Below are positions 47,510 through 56,401 of a stretch of 64,000 bases of DNA, in pieces (within the stretch, counting starts at the first letter, position 1; every line of letters starts with the position of its first letter). The notes beneath the pieces were generated by a model. The model was not told the DNA's origin and searched no databases. It saw only the letters and a program-made list of their open reading frames with translations. The DNA comes from Candidatus Acidiferrum sp. (GTDB taxonomy: Bacteria; Acidobacteriota; Terriglobia; Acidiferrales; UBA7541): positions 46,175 through 110,174 of the forward strand of contig DATFSR010000017.1 in the NCBI GenBank assembly GCA_035262505.1, written 5' to 3'. The position numbers and the translations under genes were made by a program.

Positions 47510-48364
47510 ATGGCTTCAACAGTCTGGAAGGGACATCTCACCTTCGGTTTGATTTCGATTCCGGTGCGCTTGACCACCGCGGCGCGCACCGAGCGCATCA
47601 GCTTCAACCAGCTCCACAAGGAATGCCACACGCGCGTCAAGCAGCCGCTGTTCTGCCCGACGCACAACCGCATCATTGAGCGCTCGGAAGTGGTGAAGGG
47701 CTACGAGTACGAGAAGGATCAGTACGTGCTCTTTAGCGAAGAAGAGCTCGACAAGATCGAGCCGGCCTCCGCGAAGGTCGCGGAGATTCTCGAGTTCGTG
47801 AAGCTCGGCGAAGTGGATCCCATTTATTTCGACGCCTCGTATTATCTCGCCCCCGATGAAGGCGGTGCGAAAGCGTATCAGCTTCTGATGAGCGCTATGC
47901 AGGAGTCGGGCTACGCGGCCATCGCGAAACTAACGATGCATCAGCGCGAACACATTGTTGTGGTGCGGCCAAGCAGCAAGGGCATGATGCTGCACACGAT
48001 GTTCTACTCGAACGAGATTCGCGCGGCGGAATCGTCTTCCACGGACCAAGTCGAAATCAAGGACCAGGAGAAAAAGCTCGCGCAGCAACTGATCGAAAAC
48101 CTCGCCGTGCCATTCGAGCCACAGAAATACAAGGACTCGTATCAGGACAACGTGCGCGGGATGATTGCCGCCAAGCTCAAGGGCCAGGAAGTGACCGAGG
48201 TGCAGCAGCCGCACATGGCTCCGGTCATTGACTTGATGGAAGCGCTGAAGAAGAGTTTGGCCGAGCGCCAAGCGCCGGCGAAGAAGCCCCCGGTGCGCGC
48301 CGTCGAGCCTGCAGCGGCGGGTCCGGTGGCCGTTCCAAAGAAGGGCAAAAAAGCCGTCGGCTAA
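47510..48364 (+). CDS. ku: NHEJ Ku protein
   Basis: STVWKGHLTFGLISIPVRL, VKGYEYEKDQYV, VDPIYFDASYYL, VIDLMEALKKSL, basic C-terminal tail; SD GGGGAG. Confidence 0.96.
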   Translation: MASTVWKGHLTFGLISIPVRLTTAARTERISFNQLHKECHTRVKQPLFCPTHNRIIERSEVVKGYEYEKDQYVLFSEEELDKIEPASAKVAEILEFVKLGEVDPIYFDASYYLAPDEGGAKAYQLLMSAMQESGYAAIAKLTMHQREHIVVVRPSSKGMMLHTMFYSNEIRAAESSSTDQVEIKDQEKKLAQQLIENLAVPFEPQKYKDSYQDNVRGMIAAKLKGQEVTEVQQPHMAPVIDLMEALKKSLAERQAPAKKPPVRAVEPAAAGPVAVPKKGKKAVG

Positions 48365-48377
48365 GAGTTGCCTTGGT

Positions 48378-48403
48378 TGTCGTCCCGAACGGAGTGAGGG
48401 ATC
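48378..48403. repeat. REP-like extragenic element
   Basis: TGTCGTCCCGAACGGAGTGAGGGATC; a related inverted degenerate copy CCCTTCGACTTCGCTTAGGATAAA lies at 51901-51924. Confidence 0.4.
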
Positions 48404-48492
48404 CCGGCTTGTTTTCAGTGCTCTTCGAGACGATGAGCGCAACCCGGCTCGTAACGTCAGGCATTCGCTTTTTGAGGCGCTTTTAAGTTTTC

Positions 48493-49377
48493 ATGGGGAC
48501 CACAGACCGATTCAGCCGCGACGAAGTCCAGCGCATCCTGGGTCTGTCTCCGAAACAACTGGACGACTGGGACCGCCTCGAACTGGTCTCGGCACGCAAG
48601 GATCAGGGCAACCGCTTCTACGATTTCCGCGACCTCATCGCGCTGCGCACCGTAAAACAGCTTATTGAGCAAGGCATTCCCGCCAGGCGCTTGCGACGCG
48701 CGCTGGCCGCGCTGCGCGAGAAGCTTTCGCAAGTGCAGGCCCCGCTGACCGAACTGCGCGTTCTTTCGGATGGCAAAGACGTCATCGTGGAACGCCAAGG
48801 CGCGCGTCTCGAACCGGTGACCGGCCAATTCGTGATGAATTTCGAGACGCGCCAGCTGGATGAAGAAGTTCACGTCATCTCCGAGCGTGGCGCGGATGAG
48901 TGGTTCGCGCTGGCTCTCGATTACGAAGCCGATCGCGCGAACCGCAAAACCTGGGCGGAAGCGATTGACGCCTACGAACATGCCCTGCGACAGGACCCGC
49001 AACGCACCGACGCACTGATTAATTGCGGCACGCTGTACTACGAACAAGGAAACTTCGAAAAGGCTGCCGAGTGCTACCTCCGCGCGATCGACTCCGATCC
49101 GCAGAGCGGCCTGGCGCATTTCAACCTAGGCAGCGTGCTGGAAGAAAAAGGTCAGCTCGAAGAAGCGCGCCAGCATCTTCGCCTGGCCGTGCGGCTCGAT
49201 CCAAGCCATCCCGATGCGCGTTATAACCTCGCTTTAGTTTGCGAGAAGGTCGGCGCCTTCGACGAAGCCCGCGAACACTGGCAAGCTTACCTGCAACTCG
49301 ATCCCGCCAGCCCCTGGAGCGATTACGCCCGCCAGCGCCTCGCCGCGAGAACGGCAAAGTCCGTCGGCCGCCGCTGA
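48493..49377 (+). CDS. MerR-type HTH plus TPR-repeat protein
   Basis: FSRDEVQRILGLSPKQLDDWDRLELV…FYDFRDLIALR; four TPRs (ALINCGTLYY, AHFNLGSVL, ARYNLALVC). Confidence 0.88.
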   Translation: MGTTDRFSRDEVQRILGLSPKQLDDWDRLELVSARKDQGNRFYDFRDLIALRTVKQLIEQGIPARRLRRALAALREKLSQVQAPLTELRVLSDGKDVIVERQGARLEPVTGQFVMNFETRQLDEEVHVISERGADEWFALALDYEADRANRKTWAEAIDAYEHALRQDPQRTDALINCGTLYYEQGNFEKAAECYLRAIDSDPQSGLAHFNLGSVLEEKGQLEEARQHLRLAVRLDPSHPDARYNLALVCEKVGAFDEAREHWQAYLQLDPASPWSDYARQRLAARTAKSVGRR

Positions 49378-49392
49378 ATCCGGAGAAATGCT

Positions 49393-49743
49393 GTGAACCG
49401 AATCATTTTCGCAATGGTTTTCTTGTTTACCACAGCTTCCGTCGCCCCGACTCAAACCACCGACAGTGATGCCGAACACCGAAAGTGGATTGTGCGTGTA
49501 CTCGAAGCGACCGGAACCATAAAACCAGGCATGACTCGCGAAGATTTGTTGAAGGTATTCACGACCGAAGGTGGCATATCGACCCGTTTTCAGCGGACGT
49601 ACGTATATAAAAATTGTCCGTATATCAAAGTGCGGGTGGCGTTTGAGGCCGCGGAAAACCCGGATGATGGCTTGACGGAAAAACCCGAAGACCGGATCAC
49701 GAAAATCTCGGCGCCTTTTTTGGCGTATATCGTCGTGGATTAG
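49393..49743 (+). CDS. Hypothetical secreted protein
   Basis: SD GGAG; signal peptide; IKPGMTREDL motif. Confidence 0.7.
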   Translation: MNRIIFAMVFLFTTASVAPTQTTDSDAEHRKWIVRVLEATGTIKPGMTREDLLKVFTTEGGISTRFQRTYVYKNCPYIKVRVAFEAAENPDDGLTEKPEDRITKISAPFLAYIVVD

Positions 49744-49768
49744 CCGGTGGTATGATCGGAGACACGCG

Positions 49769-51094
49769 CTAGGCGATTTTGAGTTTCTTCTGCATCTCTT
49801 CGAGCGAGATACCCTTCGTTTCCGGGTAGAACGAGAGCACGACGAAGAATTGCACAACCATCATCGCGGAGAAAAACGCGAAGGGGTAACCGCCGGAAGA
49901 TGCCGCCATCAGCGGGAAGGTCCAGGAAATCAGCGCGTTCATGATCCAGTGGGAGAAGCTGCCGAGGCTCTGGCCTTTGGCGCGCACGCGATTCGGAAAC
50001 ACTTCGCTGAGGTAGACCCAAATCACCGCGCCCTGCGAGAACGCGAAGAAGGCGATGAAGCCAATCAGCATCCACACCAGCAAGTCTTCGTGGCGGTTGG
50101 TGAAGAAAATGGCGGCAACGCCGCCAAGACACACGCAGGTGCCAACCGAGCCTACCAGCAGCATGGTCTTTCGGCCGAGTTTGTCGATGACGGCCATCGC
50201 GATCATGGTGAAAAGCAGATTTGTGGCCCCGACGGCCACCGATTGCAGGTCGCCCGAAACTTTGCTGAAGCCGGCGTGGGCAAAGATGCTGTTCAGGTAA
50301 TAGAGGATGGCGTTGATGCCCGAGAGCTGATTGAACATTCCGATGGTGACCGCCAGGAAAATTGGCACGCGGTAATTTGCGGTGAAGAGCGCATCGCTGG
50401 TGGCGTGCTCCGCGCCGATGGATTCCACGATTTCTTGGAGTTCCTGCTGAGCATTTTCTTCGCCGGTCAGGCGAAGCACTTCTCCGGCTTCATCCGTTCT
50501 TCCTCTCTTGACAAGCCAACGCGGGCTTTCCGGAATTCCGAAAAGCATCGCAAGAAAAAGCACGGCGGGGATCGCGGAAACACCGAGCTTCCAGCGCCAT
50601 TCCGTATCGCCGAAGCCCATGGTGCCGACGAGGTAGTTGGAAAAATAGGCGAGTAAAATTCCGAAGACGACGTTGAATTGGAAAATGCCGACCAGACGCC
50701 CGCGCCATTTCGCGGGAGCAATCTCGGCAATGTACATCGGGCCGAGAACGGAGGAGCCGCCGATGCCGAGTCCGCCAATGAAGCGGAAAAACAAAACAGC
50801 ATCCCAGTTCCACGCAAACGCGCAGCCCAAAGCCGAGGCCACGTAGAGAATCGCCATCCAACGCAAACTGGCGCGGCGGCCAATGCGGTCTCCCGGAATG
50901 CCCGCGAGCATGGAGCCAATCACCGTACCCACCAGCGCGCTGGCCACGGTAAACCCGAGCCAGAATGGCGTGAGTTGGTAAAGGTCTTTCAGGGCTTGCG
51001 TGGCCCCGGCGATGACCGCGGTGTCGAATCCGAAAAGCAGCCCTCCCAGGGCTGCGACAACCGTGCTTCTTATAAGCGTGGAATTCAGTTTCAT
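49769..51094 (-). CDS. Sugar porter family MFS transporter (XylE/AraE-like)
   Basis: GGLLFGFDTAVI, DRIGRR, YIAEIAPAKWRG, PESPRWL, NQLSGINAILYY, PETKG. Confidence 0.95.
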   Translation of the reverse strand: MKLNSTLIRSTVVAALGGLLFGFDTAVIAGATQALKDLYQLTPFWLGFTVASALVGTVIGSMLAGIPGDRIGRRASLRWMAILYVASALGCAFAWNWDAVLFFRFIGGLGIGGSSVLGPMYIAEIAPAKWRGRLVGIFQFNVVFGILLAYFSNYLVGTMGFGDTEWRWKLGVSAIPAVLFLAMLFGIPESPRWLVKRGRTDEAGEVLRLTGEENAQQELQEIVESIGAEHATSDALFTANYRVPIFLAVTIGMFNQLSGINAILYYLNSIFAHAGFSKVSGDLQSVAVGATNLLFTMIAMAVIDKLGRKTMLLVGSVGTCVCLGGVAAIFFTNRHEDLLVWMLIGFIAFFAFSQGAVIWVYLSEVFPNRVRAKGQSLGSFSHWIMNALISWTFPLMAASSGGYPFAFFSAMMVVQFFVVLSFYPETKGISLEEMQKKLKIA

Positions 51095-51143
51095 GTCACC
51101 TGCCCTGGTAAAGACTCAGAAAAGCAGCCGGATTGTACACAAA

Positions 51144-51171
51144 GAAAATGGAAAATAGAAAACGGAAAATG
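51144..51171 (-). repeat. Heptamer tandem array (inverted relative to the others)
   Basis: gaaaatg gaaaata gaaaacg gaaaatg. Confidence 0.7.
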
Positions 51172-51207
51172 AGAGCAAACGGAACTTAGATCAATGCAGA
51201 ATGATGG

Positions 51208-51783
51208 TCAGGAGAACCTGGGCAGAAACATTCCCGTGTGTTGTTTGTGCTCGGCGAAACCTGGGCCGAATTCCTGGCGGAGGAAGGACTCCTCGCGCCG
51301 CGCTTTTACGTAGAAGGACAGCCAGGCGATGACCACGGCGAGCAAGGCGCGGACTTGGCCAAAAGTAATAGCGGTTCCGAGAAGCCCGAGTAGAATTCCC
51401 GTGTAAATGGGATGGCGAACTGAGCGATAAGGCCCCGTCCGAATCAGCTCGTGCCCTTCTTTGAGGGTGACGACGCCGCTCCAATTAGCGCCGAGATGCC
51501 AGCGCGCCCAAAGCGCGATGCCGATTCCCGCCGCGGTTAGCACAACACCTGTCCATTCGCTACCTGGACCCGCCGGAAGAAAGCGGTTCCTCAGCCAGAG
51601 TAAAACGGGTTGCGGTTCGTAGAGGAAATAAAAACCGATTACAAGCGGAAGCATGTATCCAAATCGTTGAAGAATGGATTCGCGCTGCTTGGTTTTCTTC
51701 CGCTTGAGCGCAGAGACGAGCCAATAGGCGCCAAAGAGAAGCCACAGCGCTTTAATCCATTCGAGGGAGGAAGAAAAATCCAT
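51208..51783 (-). CDS. Isoprenylcysteine carboxyl methyltransferase (ICMT/PEMT) family membrane protein
   Basis: LGANWS…HELIRTGPYRSVRHPIYTG…REESFL..EFG. Confidence 0.9.
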   Translation of the reverse strand: MDFSSSLEWIKALWLLFGAYWLVSALKRKKTKQRESILQRFGYMLPLVIGFYFLYEPQPVLLWLRNRFLPAGPGSEWTGVVLTAAGIGIALWARWHLGANWSGVVTLKEGHELIRTGPYRSVRHPIYTGILLGLLGTAITFGQVRALLAVVIAWLSFYVKARREESFLRQEFGPGFAEHKQHTGMFLPRFS

Positions 51784-51954
51784 ATCGCGGCCTCACTTGC
51801 CGCTCTCTTGAAGATGGAACAAGGCGGCCATCATTGCAAGTTTGAAGCGCTGTCGTCGGATGCACTTTTGGCGAATTTCGGTGAGTTTGTAGCACGGCTG
51901 CCCTTCGACTTCGCTTAGGATAAACCGCACTCCGAAATGGCTCAAATCCAAACT

Positions 51955-53310
51955 TTATCGGCCTAATGTGGTGAACAAGGACAAGGAGACAATGTTGCCC
52001 TCGGCGACGTTGCCGGCGTTGTTGACGTGCAGGTGATCGCCACTGTCGTAGGCGGGCAAAATCTGCGCGGGATGGGCGGGGTCGCGGACGGCTTCGTCAA
52101 AATCGATGACGCCATCGAATTCCCCTCCGGTGCGGATCCACGCGTTGACTTCCTGGCGGATCTTTTCGTTCTCGGGGCTGTAGAAACGGTCATAGAAGGG
52201 GTCGCGGAAGAGGGCATGCTCGAACGGGGGAATCGTCGTGCCGATGACGCGAATTCCCTTTTTGTGAGCACGCGCGATGAGCTGACGATTGCCAGCAATC
52301 AGATCCTTGGCGGTCACGGTCTCGGTTTGCGGTATGAACGAGCCTGGGAAGAGCATGTCGTTGACGCCGAGAGCGAGGACCACGTATTTCACGCCGGCTT
52401 GGGCGATGACGTCGCGGTCGAAGCGCGCCACGCCAGATCGCCCTAAGGCTGGGCCTAATTCCTCATAGACCGGCCCTAGCGGTGGCGGGCCCCCAGCCTG
52501 TCGCGGGCTTTCGGTGTCGCTCAAGAGGCGGTTGCCAATGATGCCTTCGTTGAGAACGCCTAGTTTCGCCGCTTCCCCTCCGGCTTTTTGCAAGCGCTCC
52601 GCTAACACGTCAGGCCAGCGGCGGTTGGTGTCTCGTGTGGAACCGTCACCATCGGTGAGCGAGGAGCCAAGCGCCACGATGCTGGCACCGCGGGATGAAG
52701 CCGAGACGTCTACGCCAGTAAGGAAAGGCCAGGAGGTGATGGTCTTTGCGGCTGGAAATCTTGCTTGCGCGGCCGCGTCCCCGATTTCGCCGGAAACGTA
52801 GCTCGTTTGCTTCGCAAGAACGTGAGAAGTCGTCAGCGCGGTGGTTTCGGGAAAGAAGAGACTGATGGCCAAATCGGAGAGGGCGGGTACGTCGAGGTCG
52901 ACCGGATCGCTTACAGCCATGGATCGGGGAGGAATTGTTGTGGAAGAGCGTCCATGAAATTTAAGCGCCTGGTCGGAAGCAGGGTCGATCTCCGCCTCGG
53001 AAACACGATGGGCAATGCGCGCGGCGCCAATGAGCAAGGGCTTTTCGCCAAAAGTGTTCGAAATCTTGATTCGGACTTTTTTGCCGCCGACGCTCGTGTG
53101 AACGATGAGGCGAAGGGTTTGATTGTGGAATGTCTGGACCTCGCCGCGGGCGGCGGCTTGCGGGGCAGCGCCCCAGGTTCCAATCCACTTGTCTTGCGCA
53201 GGGTTTGTTGGGGGCGCAACCAGTTGGGAAATCAAGACCAGAAGACCAGCCAGGCCGCGTTTCAGCAGTGGATGCATGCGGGTCAATCTCCCTGTTCTCA
53301 CTTTGCTCAT
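51955..53310 (-). CDS. SGNH/GDSL hydrolase family protein
   Basis: LGSSLTDG (block I), NEGIIGN, LGVND, GDHLH. Confidence 0.9.
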   Translation of the reverse strand: MSKVRTGRLTRMHPLLKRGLAGLLVLISQLVAPPTNPAQDKWIGTWGAAPQAAARGEVQTFHNQTLRLIVHTSVGGKKVRIKISNTFGEKPLLIGAARIAHRVSEAEIDPASDQALKFHGRSSTTIPPRSMAVSDPVDLDVPALSDLAISLFFPETTALTTSHVLAKQTSYVSGEIGDAAAQARFPAAKTITSWPFLTGVDVSASSRGASIVALGSSLTDGDGSTRDTNRRWPDVLAERLQKAGGEAAKLGVLNEGIIGNRLLSDTESPRQAGGPPPLGPVYEELGPALGRSGVARFDRDVIAQAGVKYVVLALGVNDMLFPGSFIPQTETVTAKDLIAGNRQLIARAHKKGIRVIGTTIPPFEHALFRDPFYDRFYSPENEKIRQEVNAWIRTGGEFDGVIDFDEAVRDPAHPAQILPAYDSGDHLHVNNAGNVAEGNIVSLSLFTTLGR

Positions 53311-53424
53311 GACGGTGGACGCGATGGGCCGCTAATTTATACCAGACGGCGCAATGGCAAAAACGAGAGCAGACCACCGGAAGCGGTCCCTTCCCTAGGC
53401 TGCCGGGGAAGCTGGGTCGAGATG

Positions 53425-54312
53425 TTAGGCAGAGGCGGCTTTGCGGAAGGGCGCGGCGTAGTCGGAGACGGAGTGAAGCGTGACGCCGTACTGACGGGCA
53501 GTCTCGAGGCAGCCAGGAATCGCATCACCCTTGGCATAAGCCATCATGAGGGCCCCAAACGTCTTTTGCAGGGGATCGGTGGAGCGGTGCTGTTCTTCGA
53601 GAGCAGCAAGTGGCACCCTTTCCAATTCGATCTTCCTGCCCAGTGCGCGCTCGAAAATTCCCACAGCCTCGAGTTGAGATAACGGCTCGGGTCCGCCCAT
53701 TTCAAGAAATGCCGACCGATGCGCAGGGTTTGCCGCTACGGCCAAGGCAAAAGCAACAACGTCCTGCACCGAGATGTAACTGGCTTTGGCCTCGCCCGCA
53801 CCATAAATGCGCGCCCGGCCGTTCGCAGGATCGAAGCCAAGCGCAGGACTTAGCCACATGTCCATAAAGTACGATGGGCGAAGGATGGTGGCGCGCATTC
53901 TTGAACCGAGGAGACGCTTTTCGCAATCGCGCTTGGCGGTTTCGAGAGGGGAATCCTCCCGAATGTTCCCCGAATAAGAGGTGTAGACGAAATGCTGGAC
54001 GCCGGAGCGCTCCGCACAACCAATTAAAGCGAGCGTGCCGTCGTGGTCGACGCGGCGCAGGCCGTCGTCTTTGCCGTGAGGCATCGAGGTCGCGGTGCAG
54101 AGGACGGTTTCCACGCCCGCACAGGCAGCGGGGAGTGTTTCTAGCTTGGTCAAATCGGCGTCAACGATCTCAATGCCCGCCGAAACGAGTGGACCCGCTT
54201 TTTCATGGCGCGTTCCGCCGCGGACAAGCGCACGCACCGCGCGTCCTCGACGACGAAGACCGAGGGCAAGTGGCTGGCCCACGAAACCCGTGGCCCCAAC
54301 GACGAGATCCAT
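53425..54312 (-). CDS. NmrA-like/SDR NAD(P)-binding protein
   Basis: LVVGATGFVG, TILRPSYF; TGCTAGAAT extended -10 and SD GGAGG upstream. Confidence 0.88.
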   Translation of the reverse strand: MDLVVGATGFVGQPLALGLRRRGRAVRALVRGGTRHEKAGPLVSAGIEIVDADLTKLETLPAACAGVETVLCTATSMPHGKDDGLRRVDHDGTLALIGCAERSGVQHFVYTSYSGNIREDSPLETAKRDCEKRLLGSRMRATILRPSYFMDMWLSPALGFDPANGRARIYGAGEAKASYISVQDVVAFALAVAANPAHRSAFLEMGGPEPLSQLEAVGIFERALGRKIELERVPLAALEEQHRSTDPLQKTFGALMMAYAKGDAIPGCLETARQYGVTLHSVSDYAAPFRKAASA

Positions 54313-54442
54313 AGATACCTCCATTTGCGGAAGCCCTGCGGGGAGAGAACGATTCTAGCAAATTCGACACTTTGCCGAATGGCAAGATTCAGGGGCTTCG
54401 CTTTTCTCCTATAATCAAGCCGATGAAGGAGAACAATCGGCC

Positions 54443-54964
54443 ATGATTAAGTTTGCAGCGGTCGCGGTGGTGGCCATCGGGTTGTTGATGGGACAGGGCT
54501 CGTCGCAGCAAGACGAGCGGGCGGCGGAGCGGAGTGATTGCATAAGGCGTTGTGTCACGCAAAATCTCGACCCTGAATTGCGCCGGCAGGAGATTGTCAG
54601 CCTAGAGAGAGAAGCAGGGCGGGCCATTCAGTTGAGAAATGGCGCTTATTTCCATCGCCTGTACAACGACGACTTTGCGGGCACCTTGTCTCATGGCCAG
54701 CAGGTGAACAAGGCTCAATGGATTGCACTAATTCAATCTGACGCCGTTAACTACGATTTCTTCCAGGCCTCGGACATCAAAGTGCAAATCTATCAGGACA
54801 TGGCCGTGGCGACGTGCCTGTGGTCCTCGAGGTTCACGATGAAAGGCCAGCAGTTGGGCCACCAGATGCGGGCCATTCACGTTTACCTGAACGGCGCGAG
54901 CGGCTGGCACGTGGTTTCCGGCCAAATCAGCAACCTGCCTCCTGACGTGGGCCAGCCTCTGTAA
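54443..54964 (+). CDS. NTF2-like (DUF4440) secreted protein
   Basis: Signal peptide; LYNDDF…VQIYQDMAV…HVYL…GWHVVSGQ; TATAAT and SD AAGGAG upstream. Confidence 0.8.
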   Translation: MIKFAAVAVVAIGLLMGQGSSQQDERAAERSDCIRRCVTQNLDPELRRQEIVSLEREAGRAIQLRNGAYFHRLYNDDFAGTLSHGQQVNKAQWIALIQSDAVNYDFFQASDIKVQIYQDMAVATCLWSSRFTMKGQQLGHQMRAIHVYLNGASGWHVVSGQISNLPPDVGQPL

Positions 54965-55041
54965 CTCCCCTGGAATTTGGCGATGCATCACGTTGACGCT
55001 GCGTAGGGTGGATGCTACGCTCGCCAGCGCTTTCCACACGC

Positions 55042-56352
55042 ATGCGCGCCGTCGACTTGATCCGCAAGAAACGTGATTGCGGGGAACTGTCCCGCGAAGA
55101 GATTGACTTTCTCGTATCGGGGTACACGCGCGGCGAGATTCCCGATTACCAGATGGCGGCGTGGCTGATGGCTGTCTGGATTCGCGGGTTGAACCGCGCG
55201 GAAATCGCGGCGCTCACGGAAGTGATGTTGCATTCCGGCGAAGTCCTCAGCCATGCGGAAATTCCAGGAAAGAAAGTAGACAAGCACTCGACGGGAGGCG
55301 TGGGGGACAAGACTTCGCTGATTCTTGCGCCCATTGTTGCCGCCGGCGGGCTCACCGTACCGATGATCAGCGGCCGGGGTTTGGGGCATACGGGCGGGAC
55401 ACTGGACAAGCTGGAAGCGATTCCAGGCTTCAACGTAAACCTGTCGCTGGTGGAGTTCCGGCGCGTTCTCAACGAATGCGGCATGGGCCTGATTGGGCAA
55501 ACAGCGGAGATTGCGCCAGCGGACAAGAAGATTTACGCCCTGCGCGACGTAACTTCCACAGTCGAAAATGTTGGACTCATCTGCGCATCGATCATGAGCA
55601 AAAAACTTGCGGAGGGACTCGATGCGTTGGTGCTGGACGTGAAGACGGGCTCGGGCGCGTTCATGAAGAAAGAAGAAGACTCCGTGCGGCTGGCGGAGGT
55701 CATGGTGGAGACTGGGAAGCGCATGGGCAAGAAAGTGGTGGCGTTGATTACGGACATGGATCAGCCGCTGGGGCGCTTGGCAGGACATTCGCATGAAGTT
55801 TTGGAATCGGTGGAAGTGCTGAAGGGCCGTGGACCGGAGGATTTGCGTGATTTGAGCCTGGAGCTTTCCGCATGGATGTTTTTTCTTGGCGAGAAAACGA
55901 AGAACGTCGATGAAGGGCGGCAGCTTGCTGAAAAGACGATCGGCACGGGTCAGGCGCTGGAAAAATTCAGGCAAGGAATTCGCCTGCAAGGAGGCGACGA
56001 GCGCGTTGTGGACGAGCCGGAGCGGCTGCCTCAGGCACGTTTTCGCGCAGAGGTTGTCAGCCAAACCTCAGGCTACATCCACGCCACGAATTGTGAGCAA
56101 TTGGGAATCGCCTTGGCCATGCTCGGCGGAGGACGAGAGCAGAAAGAAGACAAAATTGACCACGCCGTAGGGCTGGAATTTCACAAACGCATCGGCGACC
56201 GTGTGGAAAGAAACGAAAAGCTGGTCACGATTCATTACAATAGCCACACCAAACTAGCCGAAGCCAAAAGTCTCATTTCCGGCAGCTACAGGGTGAGCGA
56301 AAGCGAGCCGCGCGAAAAGCGGCCGCTGGTTCGCCGCATCATGGGCGCTTAG
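55042..56352 (+). CDS. pdp: Pyrimidine-nucleoside/thymidine phosphorylase
   Basis: DKHSTGGVGDK, SGRGLGHTGGTLDKLE, ASIMSKKLAEG, DVKTGSGAFMK. Confidence 0.95.
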   Translation: MRAVDLIRKKRDCGELSREEIDFLVSGYTRGEIPDYQMAAWLMAVWIRGLNRAEIAALTEVMLHSGEVLSHAEIPGKKVDKHSTGGVGDKTSLILAPIVAAGGLTVPMISGRGLGHTGGTLDKLEAIPGFNVNLSLVEFRRVLNECGMGLIGQTAEIAPADKKIYALRDVTSTVENVGLICASIMSKKLAEGLDALVLDVKTGSGAFMKKEEDSVRLAEVMVETGKRMGKKVVALITDMDQPLGRLAGHSHEVLESVEVLKGRGPEDLRDLSLELSAWMFFLGEKTKNVDEGRQLAEKTIGTGQALEKFRQGIRLQGGDERVVDEPERLPQARFRAEVVSQTSGYIHATNCEQLGIALAMLGGGREQKEDKIDHAVGLEFHKRIGDRVERNEKLVTIHYNSHTKLAEAKSLISGSYRVSESEPREKRPLVRRIMGA

Positions 56353-56401
56353 AAATTCCGGGTACATGGAATCACAGAAGGCCTAGACAAAAGGAGAACG
56401 A

